Origin: Coleofasciculus sp. B1-GNL1-01 | GTDB taxonomy: Bacteria > Cyanobacteriota > Cyanobacteriia > Cyanobacteriales > Coleofasciculaceae | NCBI GenBank assembly: GCA_040220235.1 | Contig: JAVJTO010000050.1 | Length of the DNA stretch: 53,822 nt | Reading direction: 5' to 3' (one strand) | Part shown: in pieces, positions 1 through 8,348 of the stretch | Numbering within the stretch: the stretch's first letter is position 1 | How the letters are laid out: each line of letters opens with the position of its first letter | Translations under genes and position numbers: made by a program | Notes under the pieces: model-generated | Seen by the model: the letters and a program-made list of their open reading frames with translations, nothing else | Database searches by the model: none | Told to the model about the DNA's origin: nothing

Positions 1-291
1 CTTTTCGATGAAGATGATTGGGAAAATGCTCTTGAGTTACGCGAAGGAATTGTGAACCATTCAACGAAGAGCAATTCAGCTTCTGACAAAGCCAAAAAGA
101 AGCGGACAGCCGATAACTTACCCGTGCATAGCTTTCAAACCCTGTTGGCTGATTTAGGCACGATTGTTAATAATCGAATTCAGTCTAATATCCCAGGTGT
201 AAATTTTGATTTTGACAAAGTAACCGAACCGACTCCGGTACAAAGGAAGGCTTTAGATTTGTTGGGCGTCAGCCTGATATGTACCCAGTGA
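1..291 (+). CDS. IS1634-family transposase, C-terminal part (runs off window start)
   Basis: C-terminal motifs PVHSFQTLLADLGT and TEPTPVQRKALDLLGV, typical of IS1634-family DDE transposases. Confidence 0.75.
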   Translation, partial: LFDEDDWENALELREGIVNHSTKSNSASDKAKKKRTADNLPVHSFQTLLADLGTIVNNRIQSNIPGVNFDFDKVTEPTPVQRKALDLLGVSLICTQ

Positions 292-361
292 AGCCGAAAC
301 TGAAATCGCCCTAAGCCAAGATACGCATACAGTGTAGCGATTTGTCAAAGGGGAACTTCAG
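1..361 (+). mobile_element. Right end of an IS1634-like element inserted into a Uma2 gene
   Basis: Transposase 3' end, then terminus ...GGGAACTTCAG joined directly to mid-gene Uma2 sequence (TTTAATCTGGCTGTACAG; compare the intact context at 8537-8555). Confidence 0.7.
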
Positions 362-778
362 TTTAATCTGGCTGTACAGCTTGGTATCTGGGCGGAACTT
401 GATGGTACAGGTTTGGGTTTTGACTCCAGTGCAGGATTTACGCTTCCTAATGGTGCCACGCGATCGCCTGATGCGTCTTGGATTAAAACAGAACGGTGGA
501 ATGCTCTGACTGAGGAGGAAAAAGCATCCTTTGCGCCGATTTGTCCGGATTTTGTGATTGAGTTACGCTCGGCGAGTGATACGTTAAGTGGCTTGAAAAC
601 GAAGATGCAGGAATACATAGAGAATGGTGTATCTCTAGGCTGGTTGATTGACCGCAAAAATCGCACTGTTTATGTCTATCGCCCGAATCAAGAGGTTCAA
701 ATCTTGGAAAATCCAGAGCAGGTTAGTGGTGATCCAGAGTTATCCGGTTTCAGATTACTGATGTCAAAGATTTGGTGA
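362..778 (+). pseudogene. Uma2/DUF820 family endonuclease, 5' part displaced by IS
   Basis: FDSSAGFTLPNGATRSPDASW and CPDFVIELRS motifs; near-identical to 8349-8980; the N-terminal third is missing. Confidence 0.85.
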
Positions 779-798
779 TTTAGGTAAAGAGTTAAGGT

Positions 799-885
799 GT
801 AGGGTGGGCAAATGGATAGAAGAATTTCTGGTGAAATCGTTAAATTAACGTAATTTGCCCACCCGACAAGATCAGGCGATCGCAC
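799..885. repeat. REP-like hairpin (GGGTGGGCAAAT...ATTTGCCCACCC) followed by HIP1, copy 1 of 3
   Basis: Inverted repeat with GTAG start; further copies at 9001-9084 and 9479-9561. Confidence 0.8.
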
Positions 886-906
886 TCACATAAAAGGATT
901 AAGTAT

Positions 907-1518
907 TTATATATCACAGTCTTCAAAATAGCGACTCCAGTAACGGTCGATAGCTTTATCCAACTCTCCGAAAGGAAAGTCCTTATCATAATACTCCTTT
1001 AAAGCAACTAAGAAAGCCAGAACTGCTTTTCCTTCCTCGACAGTCAAGCTGTCGAAGCGCTCGTGAAACTGGGCTAGTTGCTCTCCAGAATCGAAGTATT
1101 CTAGTTGCTGCTCCCTGAGCAACTCTAGCATATCATCTGGGAGACCAGGTGAACGTTGAGCCAGGTAATCGTAGCTTTCTACAATATCCGGGCGAGATGG
1201 TTTGGTAAGCGTGCCTATAAGCACATCTACAAAGAAATCGACGGATTCGTATGAGTTTACAGAAGCAGATAAAAACGCAGGTAGAAAATACCGAAATGCC
1301 TCCGGAGTTAGCATCACAAGGTCACCTCCTATCTCATAGCGCATCTCCTCAGCAGTGAGTTCTCTGGGGGTTATCCTAGCCAGAAATTGACCCAGTTTTC
1401 TATGCTCGTACTGCACTCGAGGCAACGATACTAATATCTGAGTATCTAGGGGCCGAGGGCGTGAAGCAAAGGCATCAAAGAAATATGCTCTGAGGTCTTT
1501 GTTAGAAGGTATTTGCAT
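907..1518 (-). CDS. Putative immunity protein (DUF6714-like)
   Basis: 203-aa acidic ORF 15 bp downstream of a toxin-tipped DUF4157 gene; LTPEAFRYFLPAFL motif recalls DUF6714. Confidence 0.6.
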   Translation of the reverse strand: MQIPSNKDLRAYFFDAFASRPRPLDTQILVSLPRVQYEHRKLGQFLARITPRELTAEEMRYEIGGDLVMLTPEAFRYFLPAFLSASVNSYESVDFFVDVLIGTLTKPSRPDIVESYDYLAQRSPGLPDDMLELLREQQLEYFDSGEQLAQFHERFDSLTVEEGKAVLAFLVALKEYYDKDFPFGELDKAIDRYWSRYFEDCDI

Positions 1519-1533
1519 ATCATCGCGGATTGT

Positions 1534-2763
1534 TTAGTGTGCTTGTTGAATTTGCTTTAGGGCTGACTCGAGCGCCGCTATCACCGCTAAAATCCCTGCT
1601 GCTATAGAGCCAGCCACGCCTACGGCAAGAATGGCTTTCCCAAGTGCAATGATTGCGACAATAAGTGCAGCTATTGCAGCAATAGTTAGTCCTGCTTCGA
1701 CAAGCCTTTGAGTGCGTTCAACTACTTCCTCCATTACTTGTACTAATTGTTGTGGACAGTTAGAATCATCGAAGTACCTATAGCAACGCATCATCATGTT
1801 CGTCGTTTGCTCTATGTGATCACGATGTATTTTATCCCCACCCTTAAAACACGTAGTAGCCATTGCAGTCCGTGCGGCGATTTCTGCAGTAGCGGCGGCG
1901 ATCTTGGTCGCAAGGGTTACACAGTCGTCGGTATCATAACATCTACCAAGTGTAGCTGTGACTTTTTTAGTTGACTCTACTGCTACTAATAAGGCTGTAT
2001 ATCGGGCCCAACTACAGTCTCCTGGAGGCACCATACCATCACCAGGATAAAATTGCACTACTTGACCTGCCATCTTGGTGTGTATTTTTTTGCTCTGAAT
2101 ATTTGTATTGCTGCGTTCATTCGTAGGTTGTTGTTTGATATCAGGTGCGGTTCCCTGCTGCACCACATGAGTCAACTCATGGGCCGTCAACTCATTATTC
2201 CCCGGTGATTTCCCCGCCCCAAAATAAACATCACTCCCATGAGTAAACGCCTGAGCGCCCAACTCCTGATTCATCTGCACCGCTTCACCACCCGTATGCA
2301 CCCGCACCCCACTAAAATCAGCCCCAAAGCGCGGTTCCATAAATCCTCTCACGTCCTCTGATAATGGAGAACCTCCACCCTTAGACGCATTCAAACGACT
2401 CTCTAAATCCCCAGAGGCTTGATTTCCATCTATTTGATGCGCCCGTTGTATCATCTGGCGCATTTGCACACGCGGATCAATTCGCTTTTGCACCACGGGT
2501 GTAATTGATTGCGCTCGTTGCCATATCTGCTTGGGATTATTGGCTTCCAACTGACGCTGAACGGATGCTGAACTATCCGCAGGCGCTGACATTGATATTA
2601 CCTGAGACGCTACTCGGTCAGCTTCTTGCTCGTAAGTATCTCCTGGCGCTCCTATGGTTGACCCTGAGCGAAGTCGAAGGGTCAATTTCGTTTGAATGCC
2701 AATTTCATCTAAGTCTTTCCCGGCTTCTCCCGCCTGTTCCTTCTCTGTTGAGGAGTTATACAA
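1534..2763 (-). CDS. DUF4157 (eCIS core) protein with Ntox16-like tip and hydrophobic tail; 5'-deleted copy
   Basis: DUF4157 with AHELTHVVQQ; tip PGDC...C...CFKGGDKIH...RC; compared with 6255-8102 the native ATG and about 125 N-terminal codons are deleted, leaving a TTG start. Confidence 0.75.
   Translation of the reverse strand: MYNSSTEKEQAGEAGKDLDEIGIQTKLTLRLRSGSTIGAPGDTYEQEADRVASQVISMSAPADSSASVQRQLEANNPKQIWQRAQSITPVVQKRIDPRVQMRQMIQRAHQIDGNQASGDLESRLNASKGGGSPLSEDVRGFMEPRFGADFSGVRVHTGGEAVQMNQELGAQAFTHGSDVYFGAGKSPGNNELTAHELTHVVQQGTAPDIKQQPTNERSNTNIQSKKIHTKMAGQVVQFYPGDGMVPPGDCSWARYTALLVAVESTKKVTATLGRCYDTDDCVTLATKIAAATAEIAARTAMATTCFKGGDKIHRDHIEQTTNMMMRCYRYFDDSNCPQQLVQVMEEVVERTQRLVEAGLTIAAIAALIVAIIALGKAILAVGVAGSIAAGILAVIAALESALKQIQQAH
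2657..2680. repeat. 24-bp SDR-like palindromic insertion in frame within the DUF4157 gene
   Basis: GTTGACCCTGAGCGAAGTCGAAGG adds LRLRSGST, absent from both paralogs; related motif at about 39942-39970. Confidence 0.65.
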
Positions 2764-2876
2764 TTATAGTCAATCATCAAGGGAAAATCAGCGCGATCGC
2801 TTCCCCTGGTGAACTATAACGTTGTAACTCTAGCCCTCTTTTGTCACTGGAGGAATTTCGACTCAGATGAATTTAC
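2749..2876. repeat. Duplicated upstream (promoter) region of DUF4157 genes
   Basis: Homologous to 8161-8280 (GAGGAGTTATACAATTATAGTCAATCATCAAG...CTCTAGCCCTCTTT). Confidence 0.8.
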
Positions 2877-3139
2877 CCATTGCTCATTTTATAGATGCGG
2901 CGTTCAACCGCAGCCCTATATTTTGGAAGGATTTGGAGATTGAGGGTATTTGCGATAGCGATAATTAGCCGACTCTTTTATTCTGACAATGGTTGGAGTG
3001 TTTCGAGGTATGGATTCATCCCAAGACAGGGGGAAGAGGTATAGTGCGATCGCACAAACACTATTTTATTGATCGTAGCTGATTTCCTGAGATAGGTGAT
3101 CAGGGTAAGCTGGTGCTAGAGACGCGATCGCAAGCTAGT

Positions 3140-3611
3140 TCAGCCTAGCCCCATACCTCTCATAAAAACCTGAATATCTTGCATCAACTTCTGGCTACAA
3201 ATCGCTAATTTTTCTGATAATTGCACGACTAGATCAGGATTGAGATTATGAGCATAGTTACTTCTGACAACGTGGCGAAAGCGTCGGAATTCGTCCAAGT
3301 CAATTAATGTTGTCTCTGAAAGTACAGCTTGGCGAACCGTCGGGATCTCTACAGACAGTTGTTCCAATACTTGCCGATGCCAATCTGCACCTGTTGGCAC
3401 GTCTCCATCTATCTCTTTAGCAATTTCATAGAAGATACGCTCTGCTCCCGTATAATAGCTTTGCATATTCAGCGCAATAGCCGCGATGAGTGCGTTTTGC
3501 ATATCATCATCTTGAGTTTGGGGAAGTTTGTTGATCAGTCGTTGAGTTTGAGTGACTGCTTCTTTCGCCTTGTGCTAATTCCTGCTCAATGCGCTGAACC
3601 AACATAGTCAT
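3140..3611 (-). pseudogene. HEPN (HepT-like) toxin with a +1 frameshift near 3570
   Basis: ATG at 3611 gives MTMLVQRIEQELAQ; another frame continues AKEAVTQTQRL...SYYTGAERIF...FRRFRHVVR; directly downstream of an MNT gene. Confidence 0.75.
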
Positions 3612-3613
3612 CG

Positions 3614-3988
3614 TCACAGTTCTATCCCTTGCTGAATGGCTGCTTGGATATGGGGGGGTGATGATTCAGCATCTATCAGGTCAATGGGGAAATGATGTCC
3701 TCTTTCGGCAATTGCCCCAGCCCGTAGGTAATGGTTTGTTTCAATTCCCCAAACGGCAAGGTCGATATCAGAATGCCAGGTCATGCGCTGGTGATCAAGC
3801 ATTGAACCAAATAAAACAACGCGATTTGCGCCAAATTCCTCCTTCAGGGTAGCAGCCGCTTGGCGTGCTGCTTGCCAGCCTTGCTGCTGGAGTTTTTTCA
3901 TCTGGAGCAAAAACTCAGCCCTATTTTTACGGGCGGTTAGCACTCTCTTTACAATCTGTTCACGGGTTTTTGTGTCCACGGAGGGCAT
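3614..3988 (-). CDS. Minimal nucleotidyltransferase (MNT) antitoxin
   Basis: VVLFGSM...SDIDLAV motif; paired with the HEPN gene. Confidence 0.85.
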   Translation of the reverse strand: MPSVDTKTREQIVKRVLTARKNRAEFLLQMKKLQQQGWQAARQAAATLKEEFGANRVVLFGSMLDHQRMTWHSDIDLAVWGIETNHYLRAGAIAERGHHFPIDLIDAESSPPHIQAAIQQGIEL

Positions 3989-4034
3989 GAGTTGCAGGGG
4001 TTTGATTAAGAGGTTGAGGGCATCTGCGATCGCA

Positions 4035-4116
4035 CTTGGAAAACCCAGAGCAGGTTAGTGGTGATCCAGAGTTATCCGGTTTCAGGTTGCTGATGGCAAA
4101 GATTTGGCGATTTGGG
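4035..4116 (+). pseudogene. 3'-terminal Uma2 remnant
   Basis: Matches about 703-783 and 8906-8985; starts immediately after the HIP1 at 4026-4033. Confidence 0.8.
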
Positions 4117-5073
4117 TTAAGTCTTGTCACCTTCTGGTTTTTCCAGTAATAAATCAATATCTCCAAACATCCCAGTTATATAGGATTCCAGAACTTCTCT
4201 TCCTTCAGCATTGGGACAAATTTTTATAGCTTCTAAGGCTTGTTCCCGTTCTTTTAAAGCTGCCCATATCAAGAAGCTTTTCGTGTCAATTTTGTCTAAT
4301 ATTTCTTTGATTCGTTCTGCATGAGTAGCGATTTCATTGTCTGTCACTAGGGACAATAGCTCATCTCGTTCTGAGTGATGAGATTCCAACCCATAGAGCA
4401 AAGGGAGAGTAATTTTTCCCTGCTTTAAGTCAGTTATACCATCAGGTTGCCAAATGGATTCCATGTCGTTAAGAATTTGTAGAGCAAGCCCCAGATGATG
4501 ACCAAAAGCACCACAAGATTGAATCAGTTCAGGGTTATCTGTTCCCACCATAGCACCAGTAGCACAAGCTGTAGCCACAAAGCCAGCACTTTTCATTTCT
4601 ACGGTTAACCAATAGTCTTCAACAGTTCGAGTAGTTCCAACTAGCTCTCTATCCTGACCTACTGATATACGAAAAAAGGCATCAATATAGGACTGATTAA
4701 TTTTGTGAAATATCTTGGGTTCAAGAGATGCTTTGCTCAGGATTTCAAAGGAAAGAATATGAATAGCTGAAGCATAATTCCAAGCTCTAGTGGCGCCGAC
4801 CTCCTTCCATAGCTGTCCATCTCGATCTTGATCTTCCAAATCATCCAAAATGCGTAGGCATAGACCCAGAGCTAGAAGTGCAGCACAAACATGAATAGCC
4901 TCTTTGGCTTCTCCATCAACAGCTTGACAGGAAGCTAATGGTAATATCGCCTCTGGAATCATTGGTTCTTCAAACAATTTGGCTAGTACCACCTTCAATT
5001 CTGTCCAAAAATTGGGAATTGAGTTTTGAAAAACCTCTCTAATTTCTGGATATAATGATTTTAAAGAATTCAT
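4117..5073 (-). CDS. ComQ-like isoprenyl transferase (class I isoprenoid synthase fold), copy A
   Basis: FARM LRILDDLEDQD followed by GQLW rather than RRG; GQD motif; KS; degenerate second motif QILNDMES; DLKQGKITLPLLY. Confidence 0.8.
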   Translation of the reverse strand: MNSLKSLYPEIREVFQNSIPNFWTELKVVLAKLFEEPMIPEAILPLASCQAVDGEAKEAIHVCAALLALGLCLRILDDLEDQDRDGQLWKEVGATRAWNYASAIHILSFEILSKASLEPKIFHKINQSYIDAFFRISVGQDRELVGTTRTVEDYWLTVEMKSAGFVATACATGAMVGTDNPELIQSCGAFGHHLGLALQILNDMESIWQPDGITDLKQGKITLPLLYGLESHHSERDELLSLVTDNEIATHAERIKEILDKIDTKSFLIWAALKEREQALEAIKICPNAEGREVLESYITGMFGDIDLLLEKPEGDKT

Positions 5074-5139
5074 GTCAATTTACTCAAAATTTACGACCAA
5101 TTGAGGCTGTGATGGAGCCCTCAACTATTGCATAATTCG

Positions 5140-6252
5140 TCAGTTTGTGGGATTCCAGACATACTTTCCCTTTTTGTCAATATAGCCTTGCTTTTCACCA
5201 ATCTTTACCCATGCCAGCCCTTCGATGAAGATACTAGCCCAATCAAACTGGGGTTCTATAACTATCTGCCCAGTTTTGTTGATATAGCCCCACTTATCCT
5301 CAATCTTTACTGCTGCCAACCCTTCAGAGAAATTAATAGGTCGCTCCTTAAACTGTGGATCAATAACCATTTTCCCAGTTTTGTCAATATAGCCCCATTT
5401 GACATTAGTCATGTTTGGTGGTTTGCTCTCAGCAGAGATCATACCAGTTGCGACGACTGCAAGTCCTTCAGAAAAGTCATAACCTTCATCAAATTGGGGT
5501 TCAATAACTATCCGACCAGTTGTATCAATGTAGCCTACTTTGTCTCCAACTCTGACAGCAGCTAATCCTTCAGAGAATTCCCTAACCAAATTTGAAGATG
5601 GATTGATTACTATCTGCCCAATTTTGTTGATATAGCTTACTCGCCTATCGAGTCTCACCAATGCTAGCCCTTTAGAAAACTCCCTAGCCTCATTAAACTG
5701 AGGCTTGATGACTATTTGCCCCGTCTTATTGATATAGCCCATTTTGCCATCAATATCTACAGCAGCCAACCCTTCAGAGAACCTATATGTTAAATCGAAC
5801 TGGGGAGGAATAACTAATTTACCCGTCTTATTGATATAGCCCATCTTGCCATCAATATCTACAGCAGCTAATCCTTCGTAAAAGCTATAAGCAGAATCAA
5901 AATCAGATTCAATAACAATTTGTCCAGTTTTATCGATATAACTCCACTTATCACCTATTCTGACGGTTGCTAGTTCTTCAGAGAACTGACCAGTTTCATC
6001 AAATTTGGGCTTGATAAGAATTTGCCCCGTAGAATTAATATAACCCCACTTACCATTCTGACTGATAGGAAACAGTTGGGAAGGCTCTGAGATTGGCATT
6101 TGTGAATGGTTTGATACCTGCATTGCCTGTGGAGAAGTACTCAATATGATTGTCGGACGTTGAGTGCTACAAGATAGCAAACCTAAAATAGCCTGGCATA
6201 AAAGCAAAAAAATGATTCGGTTCACCATAAACTTTTTGATATAAAACATCAT
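5140..6252 (-). CDS. WG-repeat (KWG beta-repeat) lipoprotein, putative immunity
   Basis: Signal peptide with lipobox-like LLSC; about 8 repeats of FSEGLAAV...KWGYINKTG; starts 2 bp after the toxin stop. Confidence 0.85.
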   Translation of the reverse strand: MMFYIKKFMVNRIIFLLLCQAILGLLSCSTQRPTIILSTSPQAMQVSNHSQMPISEPSQLFPISQNGKWGYINSTGQILIKPKFDETGQFSEELATVRIGDKWSYIDKTGQIVIESDFDSAYSFYEGLAAVDIDGKMGYINKTGKLVIPPQFDLTYRFSEGLAAVDIDGKMGYINKTGQIVIKPQFNEAREFSKGLALVRLDRRVSYINKIGQIVINPSSNLVREFSEGLAAVRVGDKVGYIDTTGRIVIEPQFDEGYDFSEGLAVVATGMISAESKPPNMTNVKWGYIDKTGKMVIDPQFKERPINFSEGLAAVKIEDKWGYINKTGQIVIEPQFDWASIFIEGLAWVKIGEKQGYIDKKGKYVWNPTN

Positions 6253-6254
6253 TA

Positions 6255-8102
6255 TTAGTGGTTGATTCTTTTAATTGTTCCTATATGTTGGGTGCCACTC
6301 CGTTTGTTAATTAGATGTTTGTAAATAGATGGCCAACTGTTATCTGTAACACTTACGCATCCCCAAGAAACGTCTCCACGGTGTAAATACTCATCTCCTT
6401 GGGGTCCACCTTCAATTCTAAACCACGTTTTGGCATAATTTCCGTAATTATCACCCCCAGCATGAGGGTGATCAGGAAGCCGAAGAGGATATTCTCTATC
6501 AAGGGCTATTTTAGGAGCACTCGGATCGTTGGGATTAGTATCTATTGTTGCTCTGGCAGTGCCACCACCATAATCTAATATCCCAGTTTTTTCATTAAAA
6601 GTTACCGCTACGGCTCCTCCCCAATTTGTCAAACCAAGGTATCCTGGTTTCAGGCTTGCTTTTGTTCCCTCCCAGGGTCCTTCCAAAATAGTAAAATAAT
6701 CTCGTTCCCCTTTTTGTTCTTGATATTCAACTTTCAATGCATCAGGAAAACTCCGCTGATTATTTCCTATTAGTCCAACCACCCAACCCTCTGTATTTCC
6801 AGAAGAGACACCCAGTATTTCCCCCTTCTTAAAAGTTGTTTGGGGAGTACATCCAGAGATACACCTTCTCAGGGTGTGGGAGTTATCTTTTTTCTGAATA
6901 TCTACAGCCTTTGGTTCCTCTAAAACCTGTTGCTGAGAAGCTACAATTTTATCAGCCGAATTTTCCCGTTGAAACTGAAGAATCTCCTTGCGGTAAACCG
7001 AGGAATCATGACCAGTAGTTCCTCCCAAGGATTGCAGATGGCTCAATACATCACTCTTAGGTGCTATCCCTTCCAGAATCGGTACTTCTTTTAAATTGAT
7101 TGCCGGTTTCTGAGGTTTCTGATTCTGCCGCTGCACAACACCTGTCTGCTGCACAACATGAGTCAACTCATGCGCTGTCAACTCATTATTCCCCGGCTCC
7201 TTCCCTTGACCAAAATAAACATCACTCCCATGAGTAAACGCCTGAGCGCCCAACTCCTGATTCATCTGCACCGCTTCACCACCCGTATGCACTCGCACTC
7301 CACTAAAATCAGCACCAAAGCGCGGTTCCATAAACCCTCTCACGTTCTCCGATAATGGAGAACCCCCACCCTTAGACGCATTCAAACGATTCTCTAAATC
7401 CCCAGATGCTTGATTTCCATCTATTTGATGCGCCCGTTGTATCATCTGGCGCATCTGCACACGCGGATCAATTTGCCTGTGCACCACAGGTGTAATTGAC
7501 TGCGCTCGTTTCCATATCTGATGGGGGTGATGGGGGTGATTGGTGTCCAACTGACGCTGAACGGATGCTGAACTATCAGGAGGCGCTGACATGGACATTA
7601 CCTGAGATGCTACTCGGTCAGCTTCCTGCTCGTAGGGATCTCCTGGTGCTCCTACCGTCAACTTGGTTTGAATGCCAATTTCCTCTAAGTCTTTCCCGGC
7701 TCCTCCCGCCTGTTCCTGCTCTTCTTTGGCACAATCAGCACATTGGCGTTGAATCGGGTTCTGTGATACTGGGGCAAAAGCACCTTTTAATTGGGAAGCT
7801 GGGCTTTGTGGTAAGGGTGGGGGTGGCTCAAACGTGGGTGCCCATGGTGATTCAGATTTACGCTGTAGCGTTGACTCTTCAGCTTCCTCCTGTTTTTTGG
7901 CTTGGATTCCTCGCATCACATTCGCGGTGAGTCTATCGGCTGATGCTCTGGAATACTCCCCGATTTCCTGGGATGGGGCAGATGACGGGTTTGACTTGGG
8001 TTGAATCGAAGAATGTCCCATTTTACCTGGACTCTTACCCTTTTTCTGTACTGGGGTGGGAGTCCAGGATGAATTTTTCTTGTGTACGGGTTTATACTCC
8101 AT
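6255..8102 (-). CDS. DUF4157 protein with Tlde1/DUF2778-like (L,D-transpeptidase fold) tip
   Basis: Low-complexity leader, CADC, DUF4157 HELTH, linker, then C-terminal YLHRGDVSWGCVSV (H..SxGC). Confidence 0.8.
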   Translation of the reverse strand: MEYKPVHKKNSSWTPTPVQKKGKSPGKMGHSSIQPKSNPSSAPSQEIGEYSRASADRLTANVMRGIQAKKQEEAEESTLQRKSESPWAPTFEPPPPLPQSPASQLKGAFAPVSQNPIQRQCADCAKEEQEQAGGAGKDLEEIGIQTKLTVGAPGDPYEQEADRVASQVMSMSAPPDSSASVQRQLDTNHPHHPHQIWKRAQSITPVVHRQIDPRVQMRQMIQRAHQIDGNQASGDLENRLNASKGGGSPLSENVRGFMEPRFGADFSGVRVHTGGEAVQMNQELGAQAFTHGSDVYFGQGKEPGNNELTAHELTHVVQQTGVVQRQNQKPQKPAINLKEVPILEGIAPKSDVLSHLQSLGGTTGHDSSVYRKEILQFQRENSADKIVASQQQVLEEPKAVDIQKKDNSHTLRRCISGCTPQTTFKKGEILGVSSGNTEGWVVGLIGNNQRSFPDALKVEYQEQKGERDYFTILEGPWEGTKASLKPGYLGLTNWGGAVAVTFNEKTGILDYGGGTARATIDTNPNDPSAPKIALDREYPLRLPDHPHAGGDNYGNYAKTWFRIEGGPQGDEYLHRGDVSWGCVSVTDNSWPSIYKHLINKRSGTQHIGTIKRINH

Positions 8103-8348
8103 GATGCCGCTTCAGTTACCCAATGATTTACTGATCCCAAGCCAATTGCTTCAATAATGCTGAGGAGTTATACAATTATAGTCAATCATCAAGAGAAAAT
8201 CAGTGCGATCGCTTCCCCGGCTGAACGATAATGTTGTGACTCTAGCCCTCTTTGGTCACTTGGGAAATTCCGACTAAGACAGACTTTTGATACAGGACAT
8301 CTCGACCCATTATGGAAGGTGCGCGTCTTGGTCGGAGAGAATATTGCT

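Noticed and set aside
2877..3055. Possible degraded gene between the duplicated promoter and a HIP1 site
   Set aside because: Stops in all frames I read; no family recognisable.
3101..3111. CAGGGTAAGCT matching the ISAs1 left end
   Set aside because: Only 11 bp, with no partner end or target duplication.
5140..5170. C-terminal YVWNPTN of the WG protein as a ComX-like prenylation site
   Set aside because: The equivalent gene in the other cassette has no C-terminal Trp, and this ending fits the WG repeat pattern.
7496..7930. Plus-strand ORFs repeated opposite the DUF4157 genes (also 2505-2819, 14299-14634)
   Set aside because: Antisense shadows; their similarity follows from the DUF4157 duplication and their ends are not conserved.
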